Source: a virus (Duplodnaviria; Caudoviricetes). Taken from it: DNA of 64,000 nt. Below the pieces are notes generated by a model, which saw only the letters and a program-made list of their open reading frames with translations, was not told the origin of the DNA and did no database searches. Location of the stretch: IMG/VR virus record IMGVR_UViG_3300021400_001148, positions 32,001-96,000 of that record; one strand, 5' to 3'. A program made the position numbers and the translations under genes. Shown here piece after piece: positions 38,606 through 46,743 of the stretch. How positions within the stretch are numbered: position 1 is the first letter of the stretch; each line of letters opens with the position of its first letter.

Positions 38606-39014
38606 AATGCAGCCTGAGCCAAAGGTTGCTGAAAAAGACATTAATGTGTATAAAGTACTTAGAAGGGAATTCCGGCTGGGAAAATCAAAGTTCATAACTC
38701 CATACATGGGTCTCAAAATAAATTTCAGTGACGGAAAATGGGTGGGAGATGTGGACACTTTGTACCCACTCGAAAGCAGTGAATATGATATGAGATGGGA
38801 AGTACATACCGGGCTTCACGCATACAAGACTAAAGTGGCTGCGCAAGCAGATGTTAGGAATAGTGAGATGTATTCTAATATATTTTTTCCTCATTGCAAC
38901 GATTACGAAATGGTCATATGCAAAGCCTACATACCAAAAGGTGCCCGCTATTACATTGGAACAAAGGATGACATTGTGTCCGATAGACTAGTAGTTGAAA
39001 ATGTTACTGTTTAA
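38577..39014 (+). CDS. Met-Cys family paralog 3
   Basis: MCL...YK...TPY...GLHAY...AYIPKG.RYYIG..DDIVS. Confidence 0.85.
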   Translation: MCLTIKSKSEMQPEPKVAEKDINVYKVLRREFRLGKSKFITPYMGLKINFSDGKWVGDVDTLYPLESSEYDMRWEVHTGLHAYKTKVAAQADVRNSEMYSNIFFPHCNDYEMVICKAYIPKGARYYIGTKDDIVSDRLVVENVTV

Positions 39015-39063
39015 CGGAACTTTGGTAAATCCTTGCTGGTAAAACCCATTAATCCAAGCAATT

Positions 39064-39513
39064 ATGTGTCTAACAATTAACAAAAAATTTCACAAGTCGT
39101 GTTTCGTTTTGAAACCAAAACCTTTTATTGCTAAAAGCAATATACTGGTGTATAAGCTCCTAGAGTATAAAGATGGCAGATACAAAACACCTTATCAGAA
39201 AGCTCCAATATGGTTTAGTGGCGGCAAATGGGAGGGCTGGCAAACGATGTTTGGTATGTCATATTGTGCCGTTAGTGGCTTTAACTGGGAAGTGGATGAA
39301 GGTTTTCACAGTTATTGGACTGAAACCGCAATAAGTGATATCCAAAAAGCTGGTAGGGAGATTTTTTATGCCGTGATTCCAGAGGGGAGCAATTATTACA
39401 TTGGGACATATGGAGATGTTGTTTCAGACAGGTTGGTAATACTGAACCATGAATACAACGGCAAAGAATATTCTTTTAAGAATTGCAAGAAGATGGAAAT
39501 CGTAAAGAAATAG
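39064..39513 (+). CDS. Met-Cys family paralog 4
   Basis: MCL...YK...TPY...EGFHSY...AVIPEG.NYYIG..GDVVS. Confidence 0.85.
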   Translation: MCLTINKKFHKSCFVLKPKPFIAKSNILVYKLLEYKDGRYKTPYQKAPIWFSGGKWEGWQTMFGMSYCAVSGFNWEVDEGFHSYWTETAISDIQKAGREIFYAVIPEGSNYYIGTYGDVVSDRLVILNHEYNGKEYSFKNCKKMEIVKK

Positions 39514-39519
39514 AGATTT

Positions 39520-39987
39520 ATGTGTCTTAGAATTAGCAGTCCCCCAATGGTGGCGAAGAATGATTTTGTGATTTTTAAAGAACTACTGAATACAAATAAC
39601 GAACACACATGGACTCCGTATCAATTTATGGGTGTCACTTTTTTTGACGGAGAAGCAGTACTAGGGAGTGACCTCAGAAGGGTAGGAAATACAGTTACAT
39701 GTGGTATCCACGCATTCAGGACTATAAAAAAGACATCAGGCTTTCGTCTATCCAAAAGAAATAATCGATGGAGCCGGCTGGACAATTTGCATATCGCCGT
39801 TATTCCAAAAGGTACGAAATACTATGTTGGAGCAAACAATGACATTGTCGCGGAATTTATGATTGTTTTTAATTACCTTGAGGATTTTATCGAAAGCAAG
39901 TATTATGATAAAGTCCGTGGGACATGGTATACCACACCTATAAAAAAAATTAAAGAAATTGTGGAAAGAGAAGTTGCCAGAGATTAA
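39520..39987 (+). CDS. Met-Cys family paralog 5
   Basis: MCL...FK...TPY...GIHAF...AVIPKG.KYYVG..NDIVA. Confidence 0.85.
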   Translation: MCLRISSPPMVAKNDFVIFKELLNTNNEHTWTPYQFMGVTFFDGEAVLGSDLRRVGNTVTCGIHAFRTIKKTSGFRLSKRNNRWSRLDNLHIAVIPKGTKYYVGANNDIVAEFMIVFNYLEDFIESKYYDKVRGTWYTTPIKKIKEIVEREVARD

Positions 39988-39992
39988 AATCA

Positions 39993-40085
39993 ACAATTTT
40001 ACCCAGAAAACGGTTTGAATATCGACAATTTTACCCAGAAAACAGTTTGAATATCGACAATTTTACCCAGAAAACAGTTTGAATA
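39993..40085 (+). repeat. 32-bp tandem repeat, about 2.9 copies
   Basis: unit ACAATTTTACCCAGAAAACRGTTTGAATATCG at 39993, 40025 and 40057. Confidence 0.95.
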
Positions 40086-40093
40086 AACTAGGT

Positions 40094-40759
40094 ATGGAAA
40101 CTAAACTTTCAGCCACACTAATAAACAAGAAATCTCTTTTCATTATGGAAAGGGGTTCTGTCGTTTATGGGACTAATCATGAAGACAGCGATATTGACCT
40201 GATTGCCGTACTTCCGGATGAATATGGGTTGTTGATTGATGAAGTGATTAAAGTGTGTCGTTCAGAAAAATCTCACGGTGTTTGTGAGTTTCTTGATGGA
40301 AATACAGACTATGCTGTGATGACGGAATCCACTTGGAAGAGATTATTGAAAGACCATAATGTTATGGCAATAGAAGCCATCTACACACCGTGGAAGCACT
40401 TAAAAAGGGGAATTGTTTATATGATAGACACGAGGAGAAATTTCACTCTTGTCTTTTCCAAACTAAGAGAATCTTTTTCGAGAACAGCATCCAATTCGTG
40501 GGTAAAGGCGAAAAAGAAAATTGAGGTTGAGAGTGATTTGAAATCAGCACAAAAGTCTCTTTTCCATTCACTGAGAATATTAAATTTCGCCAAACAATTA
40601 TGCAAGTACCGCGATATTGTTAATTTTAGTGCAGCCAATGGATATTATGACGAAATTTTGGCGACAGAACCCAAAACATGGGAAAAATATGAAGAAAATT
40701 TTAAGAAAGAATACAACAAATTGCATTCTGATTTAAGGTCTCTTGCGCCTAAAAATTAG
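40094..40759 (+). CDS. Pol-beta superfamily nucleotidyltransferase (RlaP-like)
   Basis: GS.VYGT....SDID motif; helical C-terminus with KSLFHSLR. Confidence 0.8.
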   Translation: METKLSATLINKKSLFIMERGSVVYGTNHEDSDIDLIAVLPDEYGLLIDEVIKVCRSEKSHGVCEFLDGNTDYAVMTESTWKRLLKDHNVMAIEAIYTPWKHLKRGIVYMIDTRRNFTLVFSKLRESFSRTASNSWVKAKKKIEVESDLKSAQKSLFHSLRILNFAKQLCKYRDIVNFSAANGYYDEILATEPKTWEKYEENFKKEYNKLHSDLRSLAPKN

Positions 40760-40803
40760 AGATTTAGAAGAAAACATGTATATTTGTAAAAAATAGGAAT
40801 AAT

Positions 40804-41709
40804 ATGGAAAAGAAAACTCAGACTTACACTAAAATCAACACCTTGTACCGTCGCTATGTAAACCTTAAGAACTACGATTTGCCGAACAAGGCGTGGATGG
40901 TATTCCAAAATAAGATAATCCTTGGCAGTTACTCTGATGATTATATGGGGTATATTAAGGATTTGAAATTCGACTGCTTCAGTAAAGTGGACGGCACGAA
41001 CAGTAAAATCGTTTACTTCCCCTCTACAGGCGAGTGTTTCTGTGGTGGTAAGACTGATAATGCTGATATTGTCGGTACTGGCCAGAAGGCATTCCTTGAT
41101 GAGATTATTGAAAGGATTAAGCCTATTCTTGCGGAGATTTTCCCTAAGGAGAGTGCTAAGTTCGCTCCTATGATGAATGATAAGAATCAGATAAAATATC
41201 TCAACAAGGATTTTTACGGAGAGGAAGTCGTTCCAGAAAAGAATGACATTTATGCTGTAATGGTTGAAGAAGTCCCTGTTTACATTTATGGTGAGTTCTT
41301 TGGTAAGAAGATTCAGGCCGGCGGAAACTATGATAAGGAGAAGAATCGTTTCTCTATCTTCGATATTTGTCAGCAGGGTTGGTGGGTTCCCATCGATATG
41401 CTGAATGATTATGCACAAAAGCTCGGGCTTGATGTTGTTCCATATATCGGACAGATGACCATTCCCGAGGCAGAAACCATGGTTAAAGTCGGATTTAAAA
41501 CAAGGGTTCCGAATGTCGCAAATCCAGACTACCTTGAGGAAGGCATAGTTGCCCGTCCGGTAGTTCCAATTAAAGACCCTCGCGGAAAACGGATTATTGT
41601 TAAAATTAAAACATGTGACTACCGAGAACTTCAAGATGCGATTTGTAAAGTGGGGATTGATGAGTATGAGAAGTTCAATGCGTGGTACAAAGAAAATGTT
41701 GAATCGTAA
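40804..41709 (+). CDS. RNA ligase, Rnl2-like
   Basis: KVDGTN, YGEFFG.KIQ, FDI, EEGIVARP and KIK motifs. Confidence 0.82.
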   Translation: MEKKTQTYTKINTLYRRYVNLKNYDLPNKAWMVFQNKIILGSYSDDYMGYIKDLKFDCFSKVDGTNSKIVYFPSTGECFCGGKTDNADIVGTGQKAFLDEIIERIKPILAEIFPKESAKFAPMMNDKNQIKYLNKDFYGEEVVPEKNDIYAVMVEEVPVYIYGEFFGKKIQAGGNYDKEKNRFSIFDICQQGWWVPIDMLNDYAQKLGLDVVPYIGQMTIPEAETMVKVGFKTRVPNVANPDYLEEGIVARPVVPIKDPRGKRIIVKIKTCDYRELQDAICKVGIDEYEKFNAWYKENVES

Positions 41710-42764
41710 TGGCTAGACTTACCAACATACCACTTATAGAAAAGATGATTTCAGAGGGATACATCACAGTGCAGAAGCATCCCTCTGAAGACATTTATAT
41801 TTACAAGTATTCCAAAGTTTGTGCGATTGCACATATGTGGAATGAAGCCACGTTGCAGTGCCGCGGAGTTATTACCGACAAGGACTACAATGTGCTTTCC
41901 CGCCCGTTTTCAAAATTCTTCAATTTAGAAGAGATAGAAGATGCTTCTATAATCCCGATGGGCGAGGCTACTGCATACGAGAAAATTGATGGTTCACTGG
42001 GTATCACCTATTGGATTGATGATGTTCCGTATCTTGCTACAATGGGTTCATTTACATCTGAGCAGGCAATTCACGGCACCAAGATTCTTCACAGTGAAAA
42101 ATACCGCAAACTGTGGGATTTCATGCGTACCAACCGTGGTTTCACTTTCCTATTTGAGATAGTGTACCCGGAAAACAGGGTAGTGGTGAATTATGGTGAG
42201 ACAGATGATATATTTCTTCTTGCAATCATCAACAATGCACACCCCGAAAATGAAATACCAATTGAACTCTATTCAAAGTATTTCCAGACACCGAAGTGCT
42301 ACGGCACATTTAAAAATTGGATTAATCTTCGTGAGGAGTTTGACGGCACTGGAAGGGAGGGGTTTGTGCTTAAATTTGAAAACGGATTCAGATTGAAGCT
42401 GAAATATAAGGATTATTTTCAAAATCATTTCCTGCGGACATATCTGACAAAGAAATCTATTTTTGATTTCTTTGAAGATGGCCGCCTCGACGAACTATAC
42501 AATCTCACTAATGATTTCGAGGAAGAAGACAAAATAATGGTGAAGTCCTACATTGAAGGATTTGAAAAAAGGCTCGAAGAGATTGAATCTGAGGCCAAGT
42601 CAGAGTATCGTGAATTTGAAACGGATAAGGAAGCGGCAGAGTATTTTAAAACTTGTAAGTGGCGGGCGATTCTTTTTGCAATGAGGAAGGGTAAACCGTA
42701 CAGGGAACTTATGATGAAGGTGCTTAGAGATGAAATTAAAAAGGAAACAAATGCGATTAGTTAA
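41709..42764 (+). CDS. RNA ligase, T4 Rnl1-like
   Basis: CRG, RPF.KFFN, EKIDGSL, FEI.YP.NRVVV.Y, EGFV and KLK..Y motifs. Confidence 0.9.
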   Translation: MARLTNIPLIEKMISEGYITVQKHPSEDIYIYKYSKVCAIAHMWNEATLQCRGVITDKDYNVLSRPFSKFFNLEEIEDASIIPMGEATAYEKIDGSLGITYWIDDVPYLATMGSFTSEQAIHGTKILHSEKYRKLWDFMRTNRGFTFLFEIVYPENRVVVNYGETDDIFLLAIINNAHPENEIPIELYSKYFQTPKCYGTFKNWINLREEFDGTGREGFVLKFENGFRLKLKYKDYFQNHFLRTYLTKKSIFDFFEDGRLDELYNLTNDFEEEDKIMVKSYIEGFEKRLEEIESEAKSEYREFETDKEAAEYFKTCKWRAILFAMRKGKPYRELMMKVLRDEIKKETNAIS

Positions 42765-42865
42765 TTATACTGGAAAGTCATGTTTTCCTTCCGGAAGAAA
42801 TTGCGCCTGAAAAGTTGTGAACCTGAAAATTTTTCTTATATTTGCAATATAAAAACACAAGTGAC

Positions 42866-43291
42866 ATGTGCCAATACAACAACACAATTTCAGTAAGCAA
42901 TCAGCCGAGGAAAGTTTACAAGGTACTCCTCCGTCAATTTCGTGGGAACAAATTGCGATATGTTTCCCCCATTGCCAAAATGGAATATCCACTCAATACA
43001 GTGGTTGAAATTGGAACAACAAGGGAGCCTTGTAATCCCGTCCCCCATCAGATAACTAACGGCTTCATTCATGTTTTTCAAAACTTCATTGACGCAAAAG
43101 AATACATTGGGGAACTTAGAGATTGGGATTATTATTTTCACCTAGTTGGAAAGTTAATAATTGTTGAGTGTTCAATACCAAGCAACACACGGTGTTATGA
43201 TGGGATAACAAGCCTGTCATATGAACACCCCAAGCACCCCTCTGTTGCAACACGGGTTTTAGAAATTGGGAGCGTAATTTACGAAGGCTAA
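42866..43291 (+). CDS. Met-Cys family paralog 6 (divergent)
   Basis: MCQ...VYK...SPI...GFIHVF...CSIPSNT..Y.G. Confidence 0.65.
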   Translation: MCQYNNTISVSNQPRKVYKVLLRQFRGNKLRYVSPIAKMEYPLNTVVEIGTTREPCNPVPHQITNGFIHVFQNFIDAKEYIGELRDWDYYFHLVGKLIIVECSIPSNTRCYDGITSLSYEHPKHPSVATRVLEIGSVIYEG

Positions 43292-43302
43292 AACAGAAAC
43301 TT

Positions 43303-44146
43303 ATGGAAAAAGAAGAACTACTGAGGCACGCACGAGCATTACATGAGTGTAGCCTAACCCCTGAAGATTTGAAAACCGCACTAGAGCAGAAATTCCCCGA
43401 ACTCAAGGAGAGTGAGGATGAGAGGATAAGGAAAGAATTATGGGAGTATTTCCATAATTTACAGTTAAGTAGTGATTGTGATTTTTCTCCATCGTTGACT
43501 ATTGATGATATTCTTGCCTACCTCGAAAGGCAGAAAGAGCGGAAGCCAGCAGAAAGTATATCGCAACTGACTGTTCAAGGCAAAGGTGTTTATAAAATCT
43601 GTCCTCGTTGTAAAGAGCGTATGGTGAGGGACGATAGTAAGGTTTATACCTCTATGCCACCACAATATGGCTATGAATGCCCTAAGTGTGGAGAGATGGA
43701 ATTTGATACGGTTATGTACGATAGTCCTGAAATGGAAGAGCAGAAGTCCACTGAGTGGAGTGAGGAGGATGAGAAGATGCTCATTGGAGTAATTGATACT
43801 ATCAAAGATGCCATTGCTGAATGTGATTGTGATGATGTTGGTGCCAGAGCAATGCTTATCTACGAAAAAGAATTGAACTGGCTTGAAAACCGTTTCAAAT
43901 CCCTCCACCCCCAGCCCGGCACTGTGCCCGTAGAAACTGCCACCAAATTTGGTGACATTGAGTATAAACGTGGAGTAAAAGACGGAATACAGAGCGAAAA
44001 AAAGCCATCATTGGAAGCCGAGCGAGGAGCAGATGGATGCACTGAGAAGGGTGGCCTATAGGATGGGCAATTCCTGTTTCGGAAAAACCTGGGCAAATGA
44101 TGAAAATCTACACAGCCTATATGTTGCACTTGAAAAAATGATATGA
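43303..44146 (+). pseudogene. modular linker/cassette protein, frameshifted near 44000-44007
   Basis: linkers A, B, C and D are in frame; linker E (HWKPSEEQM) and a family-typical end lie in the +1 frame, ending at 44146. Confidence 0.75.
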
Positions 44147-44149
44147 GAT

Positions 44150-44671
44150 ATGGAATACATTGATGCAGATAAGTTGAAAGCCGAGATAGAACGGCTTGAT
44201 GAGGAATATAGGACGCTTCGTGTAAACGGAACCATAGAACAAGCAAAGGCGGCCGATTTAGTTGTACATGTGATTCACGGCCTTTCTAATTTCATTCGCT
44301 GTTTCCAGCAGGAGCAGCCGGATTTCAATGATGTTGACCCGAAGCGCCTTGTCCACTCGCATTACACTAAAGTGCGTGAAACAAAGACAGGAAGAGTGTT
44401 TTGGGCCGAGTATTCCATCGAGGCGGCCGAATGGTATGAGGCTGGTACTGGAAAGGCTTACTCCATTTCCGATGTGGAGATTGTAAAGGAGCAACTGGAG
44501 ATGGATTTGGAGAAATTCACCGAAAAGATAAAGACTTTCCAAGGAAGATATAAGCATCCCGAAATTGTATCAATAAAAGGTGCTATGGCATTTATGGCAA
44601 GGATGTTCTATCAGTATCCTAATGTAGCAAGACAGTGGTATGATAGTCTTCCAAAAGCAACAATGGATTAA
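44150..44671 (+). CDS. modular linker/cassette protein (G-H-H)
   Basis: YIDADKL...QQEQP...EQLEMDLEK. Confidence 0.8.
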   Translation: MEYIDADKLKAEIERLDEEYRTLRVNGTIEQAKAADLVVHVIHGLSNFIRCFQQEQPDFNDVDPKRLVHSHYTKVRETKTGRVFWAEYSIEAAEWYEAGTGKAYSISDVEIVKEQLEMDLEKFTEKIKTFQGRYKHPEIVSIKGAMAFMARMFYQYPNVARQWYDSLPKATMD

Positions 44672-44683
44672 CTCAAGAGTATT

Positions 44684-44914
44684 ATGGTAACAAAAAAGCA
44701 AATATTAAAGGCACAGGAAGCGGCTATTGATGCAGAAGTAAGCCTTAACGCGGCACTGGGACACCTTGCGGCTCTTGCCAGTGAGGTTCTCGGAAAAGAA
44801 GTTGTGGCTGATTTATGTGGAGGCGACGAAATAGAATTTCGTTCGGTTGACAACTCGGGAGTTGCCGATGCCTTTGATACAATATTGATTGAAGACATTT
44901 TAAGGCTGCTTTAA
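44684..44914 (+). CDS. hypothetical protein
   Basis: 76-aa ORF in the gene run. Confidence 0.7.
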   Translation: MVTKKQILKAQEAAIDAEVSLNAALGHLAALASEVLGKEVVADLCGGDEIEFRSVDNSGVADAFDTILIEDILRLL

Positions 44915-44917
44915 ATT

Positions 44918-45253
44918 ATGGCAAAAACATTTTCGGAACTGAAAATAGGAGACCAGTTGTGGATATGGTGGCTTGACACCCTCCTACAAACAACTGTTAA
45001 GGACGTAAAGATTCCAGTCAAGTCTATTAATGGGGAATATCTTTATTTGCAAATTGAGACGGAGAAGGGGAGTTTTACCGCCTTTTCTGATGTCATGAAA
45101 TGTTCAGCCTTTGTCTACGGTACTGACGGATTGGAACACAAGATTATCGGAACATCCAAAGAAGCGGTACGCGACACGCTAAAGGAAAGCCTTGAATTCA
45201 AGAAAAAAGAGATAGAAATGAAAACAGAGTTGTGGCTCAAAAATTTTGATTAG
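44918..45253 (+). CDS. hypothetical protein
   Basis: F.ELKIGD N-terminus similar to 32474. Confidence 0.7.
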   Translation: MAKTFSELKIGDQLWIWWLDTLLQTTVKDVKIPVKSINGEYLYLQIETEKGSFTAFSDVMKCSAFVYGTDGLEHKIIGTSKEAVRDTLKESLEFKKKEIEMKTELWLKNFD

Positions 45254-45255
45254 AA

Positions 45256-45765
45256 ATGTGTCTGTTTGTACATAATAACAATCCCATACCGTTAGTGGCT
45301 GAGAGGGATATCGAAGTTAAGAAAGTATTAGTCTCTGTGTTTAAAACCGTGGAGAACCACTGGCGCATAGGATGGAAACAGCAATACGAGACACCGTTTA
45401 CCAACACTCCTGTAGTTTTTGTTGACGGCAAAAGTGTGATGGAAGCCAAGTATCTGACCGGCGATGTGACTTATTTCGGTGATTCTAACCCCGTTAAGAA
45501 TGTGAATTTTTCGCTTCTCACTGAATCAGACAGAGAGAGAATACGCCCTGAGACGATTCAATGGGTGGATGTTTATCAAGGGATACATGCTTACATTGAC
45601 AGGGAGACTGTGCTCCGTGAGAGTTCATGGTTTTCGTCAACGGTGCGTGAGAACTACCAAATTTTTGATGCGGTAATACCGAAGGGTACCAAATATTTCC
45701 TTGGGACTGCGGGCGATGTTGTTTCTGAAAAACTAATTGTCTTCTACAACCGTGATTCTCTCTAA
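45256..45765 (+). CDS. Met-Cys family paralog 7
   Basis: MCL...KK...TPF...QGIHAY...AVIPKGTKYFLG..GDVVS. Confidence 0.85.
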   Translation: MCLFVHNNNPIPLVAERDIEVKKVLVSVFKTVENHWRIGWKQQYETPFTNTPVVFVDGKSVMEAKYLTGDVTYFGDSNPVKNVNFSLLTESDRERIRPETIQWVDVYQGIHAYIDRETVLRESSWFSSTVRENYQIFDAVIPKGTKYFLGTAGDVVSEKLIVFYNRDSL

Positions 45766-45785
45766 AAATTTTGTATATTTGCAAT

Positions 45786-46505
45786 ATGAGAATAGATTTT
45801 ACACTAAAAGATTATTTAAAGCATCCTCGGAGGAAGGTTATAACCGGAGCCGGTGAACCGGTGAGGATAATCTGCGTGGATAAACCCGGGGAGTATCCTG
45901 TGGTGTTTTACGAAACTGAAGTATCTCACCCGATGCCGCTCGTTGCCAATGAGAAGGGGATGAACCCCTCCGATATGAAACAGTTATATTTCTTTGCTCC
46001 GGACCCGAAATTCAAGACCGGAGACTTCATTACCAGAGTCGGTTTTTCCGACAGGCGTGTTGTTGGTGTTGACAAATCGCAGATGATTTACGAGACAGTC
46101 AATGAACAGGACGTCACCAACCCCCTTCCTTTTGAAGAACAGGACAACTGGACTTTGGTGGAACTTACCGAATGGGAGAAATCTATTGTGCCGCTTCTTG
46201 GTAATAAATGCCCCCGCGTCTGCGATTTGAAGGCCACGGCTGTAAAACTCCTCAAGGCTCTGAATGCAAAACCGGACTATCCCCGTCCGGAGTCTGTGCA
46301 GGACGAACGGGACGAAGAAGAAGGCCTGTCAAAGAACTTGCTTGATTTACCAGAGTGGCATAAAGTGGGATACCTCGGGAGCGAGTTGAAGAATTTTTCC
46401 CTTGACGGAGAAGAACCCGACCTCTGGCTTTATCACGGCGGGTACAGAATCAGGGTCAAGGATTTGGTGGAAAAACTCCCCGGTAGAAACAAACTCGATA
46501 GATAG
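45786..46505 (+). CDS. hypothetical protein, related to 53156
   Basis: KV.T..G.PVRIIC.D, ELT.WEK, DLP.W and DL..KLP are shared with 53156. Confidence 0.75.
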   Translation: MRIDFTLKDYLKHPRRKVITGAGEPVRIICVDKPGEYPVVFYETEVSHPMPLVANEKGMNPSDMKQLYFFAPDPKFKTGDFITRVGFSDRRVVGVDKSQMIYETVNEQDVTNPLPFEEQDNWTLVELTEWEKSIVPLLGNKCPRVCDLKATAVKLLKALNAKPDYPRPESVQDERDEEEGLSKNLLDLPEWHKVGYLGSELKNFSLDGEEPDLWLYHGGYRIRVKDLVEKLPGRNKLDR

Positions 46506-46509
46506 AAAT

Positions 46510-46743
46510 ATGGTAACATTTTTTTTCGCAATTTTGGCGGTGTATATCATCACAGTGCCTATCCTTGGTGTATTGTACGGGGATAGGGACATTACCATCA
46601 GTTTCTGGTCGATACTCTCCCTGATTCTGCCGGTCGTCAACACTATTGTCCTTTTTTATATTTTAATCAAGAACCCCGGTAAAAGGAAACACTTAGGGAA
46701 AGGCTTGAGGACGTTCTTAAACGAACTGAATGGAGGGTGGTAG
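46510..46743 (+). CDS. small two-TM membrane protein
   Basis: two hydrophobic helices. Confidence 0.65.
   Translation: MVTFFFAILAVYIITVPILGVLYGDRDITISFWSILSLILPVVNTIVLFYILIKNPGKRKHLGKGLRTFLNELNGGW

Larger units (their letters stand above)
2047..45781. promoter_or_regulatory. dispersed TTTGTATATTTG promoters lacking the TGCGCC box (Bacteroidota -7 element)
   Basis: TATATTTG at 2047, 3910, 12637, 14618, 16573, 25848, 34123 and 45774 (+), and 7309-7316 and 30872-30879 (-); all lie just upstream of genes. Confidence 0.8.

Noticed and set aside
20592-39039. GTAAATCCTTG[TC]TGG shared by two intergenic regions (20592, 39025)
   Set aside because: There are only two copies at 14/15 identity, which I cannot distinguish from chance.
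39993-40085. 32-bp repeats as a CRISPR array
   Set aside because: The units are head-to-tail with no spacers, and there are no cas genes.
40756-41634. 292-aa minus-strand ORF and similar long antisense ORFs (e.g. 23301-23903, 48286-48870)
   Set aside because: They are shadows of well-supported plus-strand genes and have no recognisable motifs.
43997-44004. A-AAA-AAG as a programmed -1 frameshift
   Set aside because: Restoring the conserved C-terminus needs a +1 shift, not -1.
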